A model generated the notes under the pieces. It had not been told where the DNA came from, did not search any database, and saw only the letters and a program-made list of their open reading frames with translations. This document shows, piece after piece, positions 29,284 through 39,436 of a stretch of DNA of 64,000 bases (position 1 is the first letter of the stretch; each line of letters starts with the position of its first letter). The translations under genes were made by a program, and so were the position numbers. Source of the DNA: Sulfolobales archaeon (GTDB taxonomy: Archaea > Thermoproteota > Thermoprotei_A > Sulfolobales > AG1); the NCBI GenBank assembly GCA_038867615.1, contig JAWBYA010000002.1, forward strand, positions 288,001 through 352,000, given 5' to 3'.

Positions 29284-30399
29284 TTAGGATCTCATCCCTA
29301 TTAGCTTCTTTAGTTTAGTATAGAGGCTTTTGTCGTGGTAGTCGTAGTTGAAGCTCTCTGTACTTTTAAGAATACCTAGTCCTGAGAGCATAAGGAGTGT
29401 TCTCTCGATACCTAGCTTCTCAATAATTCTGGTTATTGCTAGTTGTCGCTTAAGGCTTTCCACATAATTTCTAATTTCACCGGCATATCTTATAAGGGCC
29501 TCCATAGGCTCGTATATCCTTAGCTTTGATGCCAGTGTTTCTATCTGGACTGATGATGGGTGGAGACCGCCTCCGCTGAAGGGTTTTGTGAAATTGGATG
29601 CATCCCCAACAGCCACTATAGATCCTGTGTAGTGTTTTTCCAAGGGGCTTCCCCTAACCACTAGACCTCCGTACATTCTTGTTAGCAGGTTTTCCATCAA
29701 GAGTTTTCTCTTATAGAGAATCCTTAGGAAGAGGCTCAGCCTTCCATGATGAGTATCTCTTAGACGTGTTGCCATCCCAACTAGGGCTGTTCTTGAGTCT
29801 AGTGGTATTAGCCATCCGAAGAAGTCTCTAAATATCTCGTCATCCACAAACACGTATATCTCCTCCTCGTCTAAACCCCCATGGGTTTTTGCAAACCCCT
29901 GGATCCCTACTAAGAGCTCCGGCTTTCTAACAAGCCCAAGAGATCTTGAGAACTTCTGTTGAGAGCCCTCTGCGATAATCACAAGCGATCCTGTGTATCT
30001 ATGCACACCATGCTTGCTGCCAACAGTAACACTCTTATCGCTTATACCAAGAACCCTTGCTTTGGTATGTACTGCTGAGCCTTGGTTAATAGCCTCGGTC
30101 TCAAGGATCTTTTCTAAAAGAACCCTATCGAGTTTAACCACAGCCTGGTCTGGAACCAGGTTTACTATTTCCCCGCCTCTGAGTCTCTCCACCACTATAG
30201 ATCTATATCTCGCGATCATGCTCTCCTTAGCAGGGCTGCCAATAAGTCTAACAGTATCCTCGCTCACAAGCCCTGTGCAGTGAGGCGGTATACCTACGTG
30301 GGGATTCTCCTCAAAAACCACGGCCCCCGGGATCCTTGATGCTGTTAGCAACCCCGCAAAACCACCCCCGACTATCAGTGCTTCCACAGATCTCCTCAT
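29284..30399 (-). CDS. Geranylgeranyl reductase-like flavoprotein
   Basis: VGGGFAG, GIPPHCTG, LDRVLLE, FFGWLIP, VGDAS..KPFSGGG. Confidence 0.8.
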   Translation of the reverse strand: MRRSVEALIVGGGFAGLLTASRIPGAVVFEENPHVGIPPHCTGLVSEDTVRLIGSPAKESMIARYRSIVVERLRGGEIVNLVPDQAVVKLDRVLLEKILETEAINQGSAVHTKARVLGISDKSVTVGSKHGVHRYTGSLVIIAEGSQQKFSRSLGLVRKPELLVGIQGFAKTHGGLDEEEIYVFVDDEIFRDFFGWLIPLDSRTALVGMATRLRDTHHGRLSLFLRILYKRKLLMENLLTRMYGGLVVRGSPLEKHYTGSIVAVGDASNFTKPFSGGGLHPSSVQIETLASKLRIYEPMEALIRYAGEIRNYVESLKRQLAITRIIEKLGIERTLLMLSGLGILKSTESFNYDYHDKSLYTKLKKLIGMRS

Positions 30400-30673
30400 C
30401 CTATGTGTTACCCTCACGCCCGGCTTAGTATTATATTCCAGGCCTCATATATACTAGTTGGTAAAGCAACTAAGGCTTCTATAGATCCTCCTCACCCCTT
30501 TATACGATCTCTTAGATCCGTGTGGGGTTCTTGGTTGTTGATCCGCGTTGATGAATGGTTAGTTATACTCCTCTTGCTATGTATAAGCGTTAATATTGCT
30601 TAATTGTTTCTCCACAGTGGGTTCTAAGCTTATATGCTTAGTAGCGGTTTATTTATACGGACGGCGGATTTAT

Positions 30674-31048
30674 ATGGATCTTCCTGGTGTTATAACCATA
30701 ACTGTGGTTAGTATCGCCTTCCTCGCCCTCCCATTTATAGCATACCTGGTTGGGAGGATATTCTCGCCGCCCGTGGATTTCCCTACAAAGGTTGAGAGGT
30801 TTGAGAGCGGTAATCCTCCCTATGGTAGGGGTAGGGGTTATTTTCTCATGCAATATTATCCATATCTCCTCATGTTCATAGCTATGGAGTCATATGTTGT
30901 TCTCATAATATTCATAGCCCTCTCCACAGTTGCTGGGATTGTTCTTAACTCATTGTTATTGATAATCCTCTCAACCATCATTATTTTCCCATCTTTTCTA
31001 TATGCTCTTAAAAAAGCTGGGGTGATAGATCTATGGAAGGCGGATTAG
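30674..31048 (+). CDS. nuoA: Complex I-like subunit A
   Basis: KVERFESGN, YYPYLLMFIAME, three TM helices. Start at MDLPG. Confidence 0.9.
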   Translation: MDLPGVITITVVSIAFLALPFIAYLVGRIFSPPVDFPTKVERFESGNPPYGRGRGYFLMQYYPYLLMFIAMESYVVLIIFIALSTVAGIVLNSLLLIILSTIIIFPSFLYALKKAGVIDLWKAD

Positions 31049-31590
31049 TATTCATAGGCGATTTGGATCTAACAACAAGGAAGGTGTTACGATGGCTTGT
31101 TGAGAGAAAGCCTTTAAAAGACATAGTGGAGTGGGCAACCGCGTTCTCACTATGGCCAGTCCACCTCATGACAAGCTGCTGTGGTGTTGAGCTGGGAGCT
31201 GCATATGCTCCTAGGTTCGATCTCGAGAGATACGGCTCACTGCCCTTTGTCTCTCCGAGACAGACCAACCTGATCGTTATAGAGGGAACGCTTACCAGGA
31301 AGATGGCGAGAGTTGCCAGGATCACTTGGGAGCAGATGGCGGATCCGAAGTTCGTTATAGCAATGGGGGCTTGTGCCATAGATGGAGGTCTCTTCTGGAA
31401 TAGCTATAATGTTGTCAGAGCTTCTGAGGTTATGCCCGTAGATATCTATATACCAGGATGTCCTCCCAGACCCGAGGCTCTTGCCAGGGCTATCCTGCTC
31501 CTCCAGCAGAGGATAAGGAAGAGAGGGCTCGCTAGGCATGATCTAGAGATGATAGAGAGCCCTATCAAGAGAATCGATGGTAGTAAATAG
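31033..31590 (+). CDS. nuoB: Complex I-like subunit B
   Basis: TSCCGVE, SPRQ, MGACA, IPGCPPRPE. Confidence 0.96.
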   Translation: MEGGLVFIGDLDLTTRKVLRWLVERKPLKDIVEWATAFSLWPVHLMTSCCGVELGAAYAPRFDLERYGSLPFVSPRQTNLIVIEGTLTRKMARVARITWEQMADPKFVIAMGACAIDGGLFWNSYNVVRASEVMPVDIYIPGCPPRPEALARAILLLQQRIRKRGLARHDLEMIESPIKRIDGSK

Positions 31591-31614
31591 CACCTGGTAT
31601 TGACGGTGTTAGAG

Positions 31615-32172
31615 ATGGCATCGCAGAGCGCAACAGGACCACAGGCTCAGCAATCACAAGAAAGGCTCCAGGCTATAAAGGCTCTCGATGAGCTCGCATC
31701 TAGGCTAAAGAACATACTGGGAAGCCTTACAGGATCTATCACCGTGGATAAGAAAAGCATGGCTATAAACATAGAGGTTGACAAGTCTAAGCTGCTTGAT
31801 GCGGCAAAGATCCTTAGAGGTCTTGGGTTCGAGCATGTGAAATCCCTCACAGGAGTCGATCATATGGAGACAGGGATCATAGAGCTCGTGATCCATATCG
31901 GGTCTTATAGGAAAGGGCTGAGGAGATTTATGGTGATACTGAGAACCAAGCTGGATAGGAAGGATCCTAGAGCACCAACCCTCATCAACATATGGCCAAG
32001 CTCAGAGCTCCAGGAGAGAGAGGCCTGGGAGATGTTCGGGATAGTTTTTGAGGGTCATCCAGACCTTAGGAGGCTCCTACTACCCGAGGAGTTTGAGGGC
32101 CTATGGCCCGGTAGGAGGGATTTTGCGATAGTAACGAGAAAAGCAGGGGAGGTTGAGGAGCCGTGGAAGTAG
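31615..32172 (+). CDS. nuoC: Complex I-like subunit C
   Basis: TGVD, EREAWEMFGIVFEGHPDLRRLLLP. Confidence 0.95.
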   Translation: MASQSATGPQAQQSQERLQAIKALDELASRLKNILGSLTGSITVDKKSMAINIEVDKSKLLDAAKILRGLGFEHVKSLTGVDHMETGIIELVIHIGSYRKGLRRFMVILRTKLDRKDPRAPTLINIWPSSELQEREAWEMFGIVFEGHPDLRRLLLPEEFEGLWPGRRDFAIVTRKAGEVEEPWK

Positions 32173-33416
32173 ATAGCAAGAGTATCTCGACACAGGCTAT
32201 TGAGGAGCTTAGCAAAGAGCTGATCCAGCAGAGGGAGCTCGGGGTAACCGAGGAGGGTGAGAGACTAATAGAACTCCAGATCGGGCCCACCCACCCAGGA
32301 TCTGGACACATGAGGATAAGGGTTTGGGTTGATGGTGATATAATAGTTAGATGCGACCCTGACATAGGCTTTGTATTCAGAACCATTGAGAAGCTCAGTG
32401 AGAACAGGATCTATATGAAAACCATACCACTTGTTGAGAGACCAAGCCTCCTCGACACAACACCCATGACTATAGGCTATATAAACGCCCTTGAGAAGCT
32501 CATGGGAATAGAGCCTCCCCCCAGGGCTAAATATCTGCGAACAATACTTGCTGAACTAACAAGGATAGCCAGCCACCTCTACGGAATAGGGATCTTCGCA
32601 ATATTCCTTGGACACTCAACAGGGTTCATGTGGGGCTTCGGGGATAGAGAGCTCTTTGTAGAGCTTGCTAACCAGCTTAGCGGGGCTAGAATCACATATG
32701 CATATGTAATCCCAGGGGGTGTTAGAAGGGATATGCCACAAAGCTTCCCCGATAACGTTGAGAAAGCCCTGAGATATTTTGAGAAAAGACTTCCAGACTG
32801 GTATAAGATGTTCTTGAACAACCCGGTTGTGGAGAAAAGACTACGCGAGGTAGGCATTCTAAGGAAAAACGATGCTGCAAAGCTAGGGATTACTGGGCCT
32901 AATCTAAGAGCGTCAGGGATCGAGTATGACGTGAGGATCGCCGATCCCTATGAGGCTTACGATGAACTGGATTTCATGGTGCCTGTAGCTGATGAGGGTG
33001 ACGCTTATGCCAGGGCTTTAGTAAGGTTCGAGGAGATCAAACAGAGTATAAATATAATAAGAGACGCTCTCAGGAAGATGCCTGGAGGAGATATAATACA
33101 CCCACAGATAGCCAGAATGTTCAACCCGCTTATGAAGAAGATCTATGAGGAGAGCAGGAGAGTCAAATTCCCAGGGGTTTTCGCAAGCCTCAAACCACCA
33201 AAGGGAGAGGCTACAGCAAGGGTTGAGGCTGGAAGGGGAGAAGCTCTCTTCTACCTTGTTAGCGACGGCTCGCCCAAACCTTATAGATTTAGGTGGACAA
33301 CACCATCATATAGAAATGCCATTCTGTTTAAATACCTAGTACCCGGGCACAGGCTAGCGGATCTCCCAGCTATATATGGTTCTATAGACTACTTCCCACC
33401 GGAGGCTGATAGGTAA
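32163..33416 (+). CDS. nuoD: Complex I-like subunit D
   Basis: IGPTHPGSGH, ELTRIASHL, GITGPNLRASG, EAGRG. No NiFe CxxC motifs. Confidence 0.95.
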   Translation: MEVDSKSISTQAIEELSKELIQQRELGVTEEGERLIELQIGPTHPGSGHMRIRVWVDGDIIVRCDPDIGFVFRTIEKLSENRIYMKTIPLVERPSLLDTTPMTIGYINALEKLMGIEPPPRAKYLRTILAELTRIASHLYGIGIFAIFLGHSTGFMWGFGDRELFVELANQLSGARITYAYVIPGGVRRDMPQSFPDNVEKALRYFEKRLPDWYKMFLNNPVVEKRLREVGILRKNDAAKLGITGPNLRASGIEYDVRIADPYEAYDELDFMVPVADEGDAYARALVRFEEIKQSINIIRDALRKMPGGDIIHPQIARMFNPLMKKIYEESRRVKFPGVFASLKPPKGEATARVEAGRGEALFYLVSDGSPKPYRFRWTTPSYRNAILFKYLVPGHRLADLPAIYGSIDYFPPEADR

Positions 33417-34474
33417 TGATCCAAGAGACATTGTTGCTCAAAGAACTCTTGGGAAACAACGAGATGATCTATAGAACCGTGATAGGGTTAGGATACATGC
33501 TAATATACCCAGGCCTTATAATGATAGTCATAGCAGCAGCACTGCTCCTCTGGGCAGAAAGGAAGATCGTGGCACTAGTCCAGCTAAGATACGGCCCCCT
33601 ATGGATTTCAAGGAGAATCGGAGGCGCTCTCCAAGGTTTCGCGGATCTCATTAGGTTCTCTTTCCAAGAGGTAATAATACCAAGGAGGAGCGACGTGATC
33701 CCGTTCCTCCTATCCCCAGGACTTGCTATTCTATTCTCAGTATTGCCGATAGCCTTCATGCCTGTATCGCCTTATATAAAGCCTCCGATACATAGCGATA
33801 TAGGCCTCCTAGCAGCGATTGCGGTCATATCTGTGGCGCCAATCTTTATAGTACTCATGGGATGGGCCTCTGATAATAAATTTGCATTCGTGGGCTCTCT
33901 TAGAGAGGCTCTCCTCATAGTATCTTATGAGATACCCTTCATAATATCGATCCTATCGATGGGGGTCATGTACAGCAGCCTCGACTTCTACGAGATCGTT
34001 GAGAGACAGTCACTCCTACCAGGAATGCTTCTAAACCCATTCGCCTTCCTGGCATCGTTCATAGCTATGCTCAGGGTAACATCTAGATTCCCCTTCGAGA
34101 TATCAGAAGCAGAGACAGAGATCGTTGCAGGCCCCTATACGGAATACAGCGGGCTGATGTTCGGACTATCAATGGGGCTGGCTTATATAAAACTCTATGT
34201 ATATGCTCTGATGGTCTCTCTCGTCTTTCTAGGCGGGTGGCTCCCAATAGTGTCGGGGGAAGGTGTCATAAGTGGTTTCCTAATACCAAGCCTTATAGTG
34301 ATTATCAAACTAACTGTTGTATGCCTCGTAGCTGTTTTTCTGAGAGCTGTCTATGGGAGATATAGGATAGACCAGGCCATAAGGATCGGTTGGATCCATG
34401 TTTTCGCACTTTCTATAGTTTCCTTAGTCTGGTCGATAATCCTCGTATATGGGGGGTGGATTAGATGGGTTTAG
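33416..34474 (+). CDS. nuoH: Complex I-like subunit H
   Basis: ERKIVALVQLRYGP, SYEIP, RFPFEISEAETEIVAGPYTEYSG. Confidence 0.96.
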   Translation: MIQETLLLKELLGNNEMIYRTVIGLGYMLIYPGLIMIVIAAALLLWAERKIVALVQLRYGPLWISRRIGGALQGFADLIRFSFQEVIIPRRSDVIPFLLSPGLAILFSVLPIAFMPVSPYIKPPIHSDIGLLAAIAVISVAPIFIVLMGWASDNKFAFVGSLREALLIVSYEIPFIISILSMGVMYSSLDFYEIVERQSLLPGMLLNPFAFLASFIAMLRVTSRFPFEISEAETEIVAGPYTEYSGLMFGLSMGLAYIKLYVYALMVSLVFLGGWLPIVSGEGVISGFLIPSLIVIIKLTVVCLVAVFLRAVYGRYRIDQAIRIGWIHVFALSIVSLVWSIILVYGGWIRWV

Positions 34475-35055
34475 AAGTAGATTTTGAAAAAATATCGGAA
34501 GAGATCTCGACATCTGTAGAGAACCTTGCACCCGAGAAGAAGAGGTTCTACAGGGTTACAACACCAAGTCTAGGTCCTAGTGTTGTGAGAAACATCGAGG
34601 CCATCACAACAGGCCTTAAATATGTTATAAGACCCATGAGGATCACCATTGACTACCCGAGACAGGTTCTCGAACAGCCTCCCTGGTATAGAGGTATGTT
34701 CAGGCTCCTTGAGAATGTCTGTATAGGGTGCTCTCTATGTGATATAATATGCCCCTCCGATGCTATAAGAATGGTACTTAATCCTGAGAAGAAAAAGAGA
34801 CCAGTTATAAACTGGGGTAGGTGTATCTTCTGCTACTACTGCGTAGATATATGCCCTGTCGAGGCTTTCGATACAACAACAATCCATGACATGGCTTTTG
34901 ATAAATATGAGGATATGCTAACAAATCTCGAGGAGTTCACAAAGGATCCGAGGGAGAGGAATCCCAGCAAGGATGCCATGAGGATGAGGATCAAGTTTGA
35001 TGAGAAGAGAGGGTTTGTATACGAGCCTACGGATAAGAAGAACGGGGGTGGTTAG
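34465..35055 (+). CDS. nuoI: Complex I-like subunit I (2x[4Fe-4S])
   Basis: TIDYP, CIGCSLCDIICP, CIFCYYCVDICP. Confidence 0.96.
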   Translation: MGLEVDFEKISEEISTSVENLAPEKKRFYRVTTPSLGPSVVRNIEAITTGLKYVIRPMRITIDYPRQVLEQPPWYRGMFRLLENVCIGCSLCDIICPSDAIRMVLNPEKKKRPVINWGRCIFCYYCVDICPVEAFDTTTIHDMAFDKYEDMLTNLEEFTKDPRERNPSKDAMRMRIKFDEKRGFVYEPTDKKNGGG

Positions 35056-35545
35056 GTTCCTCGACATATCGTTGATCATATCCCTCCTAGCGGGGTTGTT
35101 GGCACTCACATTCTCAGTATTTGTGATCATATCGAAGAATATAGTATATGGAGCTATACATCTCTCCCTCCTAGGGCTGGTTGTAGCGGCATTAATAGCT
35201 ATGCTTGGCTACCCTATAGTGGCTATCCTCCACATAATAATCTATGTAGGAGCCGGTGTTCTCTTCATAATAATGAGCGTCTCGATGATAAGAGAGGTTG
35301 TTGAGAGAAGGGTTAACAAACCCCTAAGCCTCCTAGTAGCCCTCATAGTATCATCACCACTATTCTACCTAGCAGCTGTCACAGAGAACCAAGGGCTACC
35401 ACAGCCTGCTTATTCGGATTACGCCATAATTAGCAGATATATAGCGCAGAACTACTGGATGCCAGCCCTGTTGGTTTTCCTCTCACTCTCAGCCTCGCTA
35501 ATGGCTGCTGTTAGTATAACGAGGGCGAGGGGTGGGAGGAAATGA
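35048..35545 (+). CDS. nuoJ: Complex I-like subunit J
   Basis: Hydrophobic protein with IYVGAG. GTG start at 35048 preferred. Confidence 0.88.
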   Translation: MVRFLDISLIISLLAGLLALTFSVFVIISKNIVYGAIHLSLLGLVVAALIAMLGYPIVAILHIIIYVGAGVLFIIMSVSMIREVVERRVNKPLSLLVALIVSSPLFYLAAVTENQGLPQPAYSDYAIISRYIAQNYWMPALLVFLSLSASLMAAVSITRARGGRK

Positions 35546-35862
35546 ATATATATCTATTGATCTCGGCACTCTTATTCCTAGTATCCATCTACGGGATCCT
35601 TAGTAGCAGGAACATGGTTAGAATGCTGATATCAGTGGAGGTTATGTTCAACGCCGTGGTGTTAGCTGTGCTCTCTATAGGCAATATCATGGCTGCCTCG
35701 GGCTATCAGAACGCTATCCCTACAATGGTATCTATAGTGGTGTTTGCAATAACCCTTGCAGTCTCTGAGATAGTGCTGATGTTCTCCATAATGATCGGTA
35801 TTCTTAGGTTCAGGGTTGTGAGGAACATAGATACGGAGGAGCTTGTAACAAGGGAGAGGTGA
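35542..35862 (+). CDS. nuoK: Complex I-like subunit K
   Basis: RNMVRMLISVEVMFN, AVSE. Confidence 0.92.
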   Translation: MNIYLLISALLFLVSIYGILSSRNMVRMLISVEVMFNAVVLAVLSIGNIMAASGYQNAIPTMVSIVVFAITLAVSEIVLMFSIMIGILRFRVVRNIDTEELVTRER

Positions 35863-37397
35863 TCTTGTTGAGCCTGCTCCTAAGCTCGGTAATAATCCCG
35901 TCCATAGCCTCCCTCATAATACTCGCACTCTCGAGAAAAGCATCCCCAGGCGCTCTTGCAGCAATATCAACACTCTCGCTAGTCTATTCAGGCGTCGCGA
36001 TCTCTGCGGCAATCGCGATCTATGGATTACCATACCACGATACACCCATATATCTAGGCCCGCCCATAGGCTTCATAGGCTTCATAATAGACCAGTTCAA
36101 CCTACCAATCGTGGCGGGCGTTTTAATAGTCTCAGTAATGGTTGCAATATACTCAAGACCATACATGGAGCATAGGTTCGAAGAGCTGGGAGGAGGGTCC
36201 TGGGGCGTTTATTACATGAACTACACACTGTTCTCCGCATCAATGCTCGGGGTTGCTCTATCAACCAATATGATTGAGTTCTACCTATTCCTAGAAATAT
36301 CCCTGCTAACATCATTCATTCTAATACTCCTCTATGGCTATGGCGATAGGGTGAGGATCGCCTTCCTCTATTTCATATGGACCCACGCAGGAGCCTTCCT
36401 CTTCCTCGCAGGAGCCTTTATCTATGGACTCTCGGTTGGTAATTTCGACTACATCACCTTCAGGGAAGCCTCGCTATACCCGATCGGCGGATCAGGATCT
36501 ATAGCTGATATAGCTATGAAGTGGGTATCATTCCTACTAATACTAATAGGCCTTCTTGTCAAGCTCCCAGCCTTTGGATTCCACATATGGCTCCCATACG
36601 CCCATGCAGAGGCCCCAACGCCTGTTTCAGCCCTCCTAAGCCCTAACCTAATAGGCCTTGCTGGGCTTGGTATCTATAGAATATTAGTAATACTATATCC
36701 CGACACTATGATCTCCTACCAATGGGTGATCATAGCGTGGGCCTTGATCACAATAATATATGGCGGCATACTAGCACTCCACCAAAGTGATTTCAAGCGG
36801 CTTCTAGCGTATAGCAGCATATCACAGATGGGCTACATGCTCTTAGGACTAGCAACAATGACGCCTGCAGGTATAGCTGGAGCCCTCCTCCACTACCTAA
36901 GCCACGCACTCGGCAAAGCATCCCTCTTCATGACAGCTGGAAACATAATTGTCGGGGCTGGGGGGCTGAGGGATGTGAATAAGATGGGAGGTCTTGCCTC
37001 AACTATGCCCTACACAGCAGCATCCTCCCTCATAGGCTTTCTCACCATATCGGGGCTACCTCCAACTATAGGGATAGTTTCGAAATTCCTGATCCTTATG
37101 GGGTTCTCAAGCATGCTCTTCGCAGGTTCAACGTTACCAGCAACGATCATAGCAGTGCTCATCATAGCCGCCATTATAGGTTTCGGTCTCACAATAGCCT
37201 ATAGCTTCATAACAATGAGAAAGATCTTCTTTGGCCCTGCTAAAAAAGACATAAAATCGGGAGAACCCCATATGAGAGCCACCATAGCCTTGATCGTCGT
37301 AAGTGTGGCAAGCATAGCAGTGCTCATCGCAGGATCCTATATAGTTAATCCATTATCAACAGCTGTCACAACCTTAAGCATTATTTTCCAGAGGTGA
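35859..37397 (+). CDS. nuoM: Complex I-like antiporter subunit M
   Basis: FYLFLE, VKLPAFGFHIWLPYAHAEAPTP, KRLLAYSSISQMG. No lateral helix. Confidence 0.9.
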   Translation: MILLSLLLSSVIIPSIASLIILALSRKASPGALAAISTLSLVYSGVAISAAIAIYGLPYHDTPIYLGPPIGFIGFIIDQFNLPIVAGVLIVSVMVAIYSRPYMEHRFEELGGGSWGVYYMNYTLFSASMLGVALSTNMIEFYLFLEISLLTSFILILLYGYGDRVRIAFLYFIWTHAGAFLFLAGAFIYGLSVGNFDYITFREASLYPIGGSGSIADIAMKWVSFLLILIGLLVKLPAFGFHIWLPYAHAEAPTPVSALLSPNLIGLAGLGIYRILVILYPDTMISYQWVIIAWALITIIYGGILALHQSDFKRLLAYSSISQMGYMLLGLATMTPAGIAGALLHYLSHALGKASLFMTAGNIIVGAGGLRDVNKMGGLASTMPYTAASSLIGFLTISGLPPTIGIVSKFLILMGFSSMLFAGSTLPATIIAVLIIAAIIGFGLTIAYSFITMRKIFFGPAKKDIKSGEPHMRATIALIVVSVASIAVLIAGSYIVNPLSTAVTTLSIIFQR

Positions 37398-39436
37398 TTC
37401 TCATGCCTGTCGAGATCTGGTGGGCTCCTCTCGTGTGGGGTATCCCGTTCCTAGGATCCCTAGTAGCAGGGCTAACAGGGATTTTTAATAAGAGACTCGC
37501 AGCCATACTCGGCTCTATATCCCTCGGGATCAGTGCTCTGCTGACAATACCTCTCATAATGGTCTATGTGGGGAGTGGCGATGTGATAGTCAGCCCTAGA
37601 TATACATGGCTAACAATACCTCTGGGCAAAGGTGTGGTTGATGTAGGGTTAGGGGTATTCCTGGACGGCATATCGCTTGTATTAACAGCAATGGTTGCTT
37701 GGATCTCATTCTTAATTGGTGTCTATAGCCTGAGCTATATGAAAGGGGATTATGGTGAGCATAGATACTGGATCTTCTTCTCATTCTTCGTCGGGTCTAT
37801 GCTTCTCCTGGTGATGACAGACAACCTCCTACTCCTGATAATAGGGTGGGAGGGAACGTCACTAGCATCTTACGCCCTAATAGGACACTGGTACAGAGAT
37901 GAGGAGCACGCATGGGTGGGAGACCCTGGCAGAAGCGCCCTTAAGAAACCAATGTGGTTCACACCAAGCCATGCAGGGGTGAGGGCAATTATAATGACAG
38001 GAGTACCCGACATAGGCTTCATGTTGGGGGCAACGGCTATGATATTGGTGAGCGGTACAGCATATATACCGGATCTCTATAAAGGCCTCGCACCACTAAT
38101 GGGGGATCTCGCCTCAAAAGGGCTTCTCACAGGATTCCTCCTCCTCTTCACACTAGGAGCCCTTGCAAAGAGCGCCCAGTTCCCCTTACACGAATGGCTT
38201 GTAACTGCGATGACAGGCCCGGCAAGCGTGTCAGCGCTAATACATGCCGCGACAATGGTTAAGGCTGGGGTGTACTTTATGCTCAGATTCGTCCCCATAT
38301 TCATAGCCGCATCCAGCATGGTGGGTGATGCGGCTATAGCCCAGACTAGGGATTACCTGGCAATTATTGGGGGAATAGGTGTTTTCACAGCATTTATGAT
38401 GGCGACAATGGCTGTAGTTGCGAGGGAGCTTAAACTAATCCTAGCATTCTCAACAGCATCGCAGATAGGCTATATGTTCATGGCAGCCTCCTATGCCGGG
38501 ATGCTCAAAGAACCAGGTCTCGGGATTGTCGCAGGACTCTCACACCTATTAAGCCATGCTGTGTTCAAAGCCTCGCTCTTCCTAGGAGCAGGGATCTTGA
38601 TACACGAGCTTGGAAGCAGATATATAGATGGGATCGGTATTAAGGCGAGGAGCCTTAGGATCACCATGCTATCAATGATCCTAGCCTCCCTAGGATTAGC
38701 AGCACTACCCCCGTTCTCCGGCTATTGGAGCAAAGACCTTGTCGTAGATACATCGCTAGAAGCCGGTTTTCTCCAAGCATCTGTGTTAGCGATCATAACA
38801 TCATTCCTAACAGCTGCTTACACGTTCAGAATGATCTCGATACTCTACCTATATAGAGAAAAGGAATCTTTAGAGGCCTTGTCCGAGCATGGCAAGGCCC
38901 ATGGGGAAGATCCTGTAGCTTTCATACCATACCTCCTACTTGCAATAGCAACCCCGATTATTGGTGTAGCATGGGCCCTCTGGATCAACTATTTCTCAGA
39001 GATCTCGTTACGAGGAACATACTTACATATACCAGAGATTCACTATAACCCACAAGTGGCCGTGGTTTCGGCGTTAGTATCGATCCTAGGTGCTGCACTA
39101 GCCCTCGCGATCTACGGGCCTTTCGGGTACAGCATCCTTCCAAAGATCAGGAGCGAGAGATTCCTGGCAGCCATAAACAGATTTCTATATGATAGATGGT
39201 ATTTCAACCCGCTTCTATATATAGTATTCGTGGATGGCGGCTCAAAAATGATTAGGGCTATTGGTAGGAGTTTCGAGGGGGCTGTTATAGATAATATCTA
39301 CCACAAAGCATTGCCAAGAATCATGGAGTCCCTGAGCAGGATTCTCAGAAACTACCAGCCTAGTGTTATAAACAGCTATCTCTTTCTAATGCTGCTAGGG
39401 ATAGCGATCCTTGTGATCCTTCAGATGATGGGGTGA
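37394..39436 (+). CDS. nuoL: Complex I-like antiporter subunit L
   Basis: GWEG, KSAQFPLHEWL..AMTGPASVSALIHAATMVKAG, HAVFKA, C-terminal amphipathic helix plus TM. Confidence 0.95.
   Translation: MILMPVEIWWAPLVWGIPFLGSLVAGLTGIFNKRLAAILGSISLGISALLTIPLIMVYVGSGDVIVSPRYTWLTIPLGKGVVDVGLGVFLDGISLVLTAMVAWISFLIGVYSLSYMKGDYGEHRYWIFFSFFVGSMLLLVMTDNLLLLIIGWEGTSLASYALIGHWYRDEEHAWVGDPGRSALKKPMWFTPSHAGVRAIIMTGVPDIGFMLGATAMILVSGTAYIPDLYKGLAPLMGDLASKGLLTGFLLLFTLGALAKSAQFPLHEWLVTAMTGPASVSALIHAATMVKAGVYFMLRFVPIFIAASSMVGDAAIAQTRDYLAIIGGIGVFTAFMMATMAVVARELKLILAFSTASQIGYMFMAASYAGMLKEPGLGIVAGLSHLLSHAVFKASLFLGAGILIHELGSRYIDGIGIKARSLRITMLSMILASLGLAALPPFSGYWSKDLVVDTSLEAGFLQASVLAIITSFLTAAYTFRMISILYLYREKESLEALSEHGKAHGEDPVAFIPYLLLAIATPIIGVAWALWINYFSEISLRGTYLHIPEIHYNPQVAVVSALVSILGAALALAIYGPFGYSILPKIRSERFLAAINRFLYDRWYFNPLLYIVFVDGGSKMIRAIGRSFEGAVIDNIYHKALPRIMESLSRILRNYQPSVINSYLFLMLLGIAILVILQMMG

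Noticed and set aside
31033-33416. Group 4 membrane-bound [NiFe] hydrogenase
   Set aside because: The large subunit has RPSLLD and DYFPPEADR where the two Ni-binding CxxC motifs would be.
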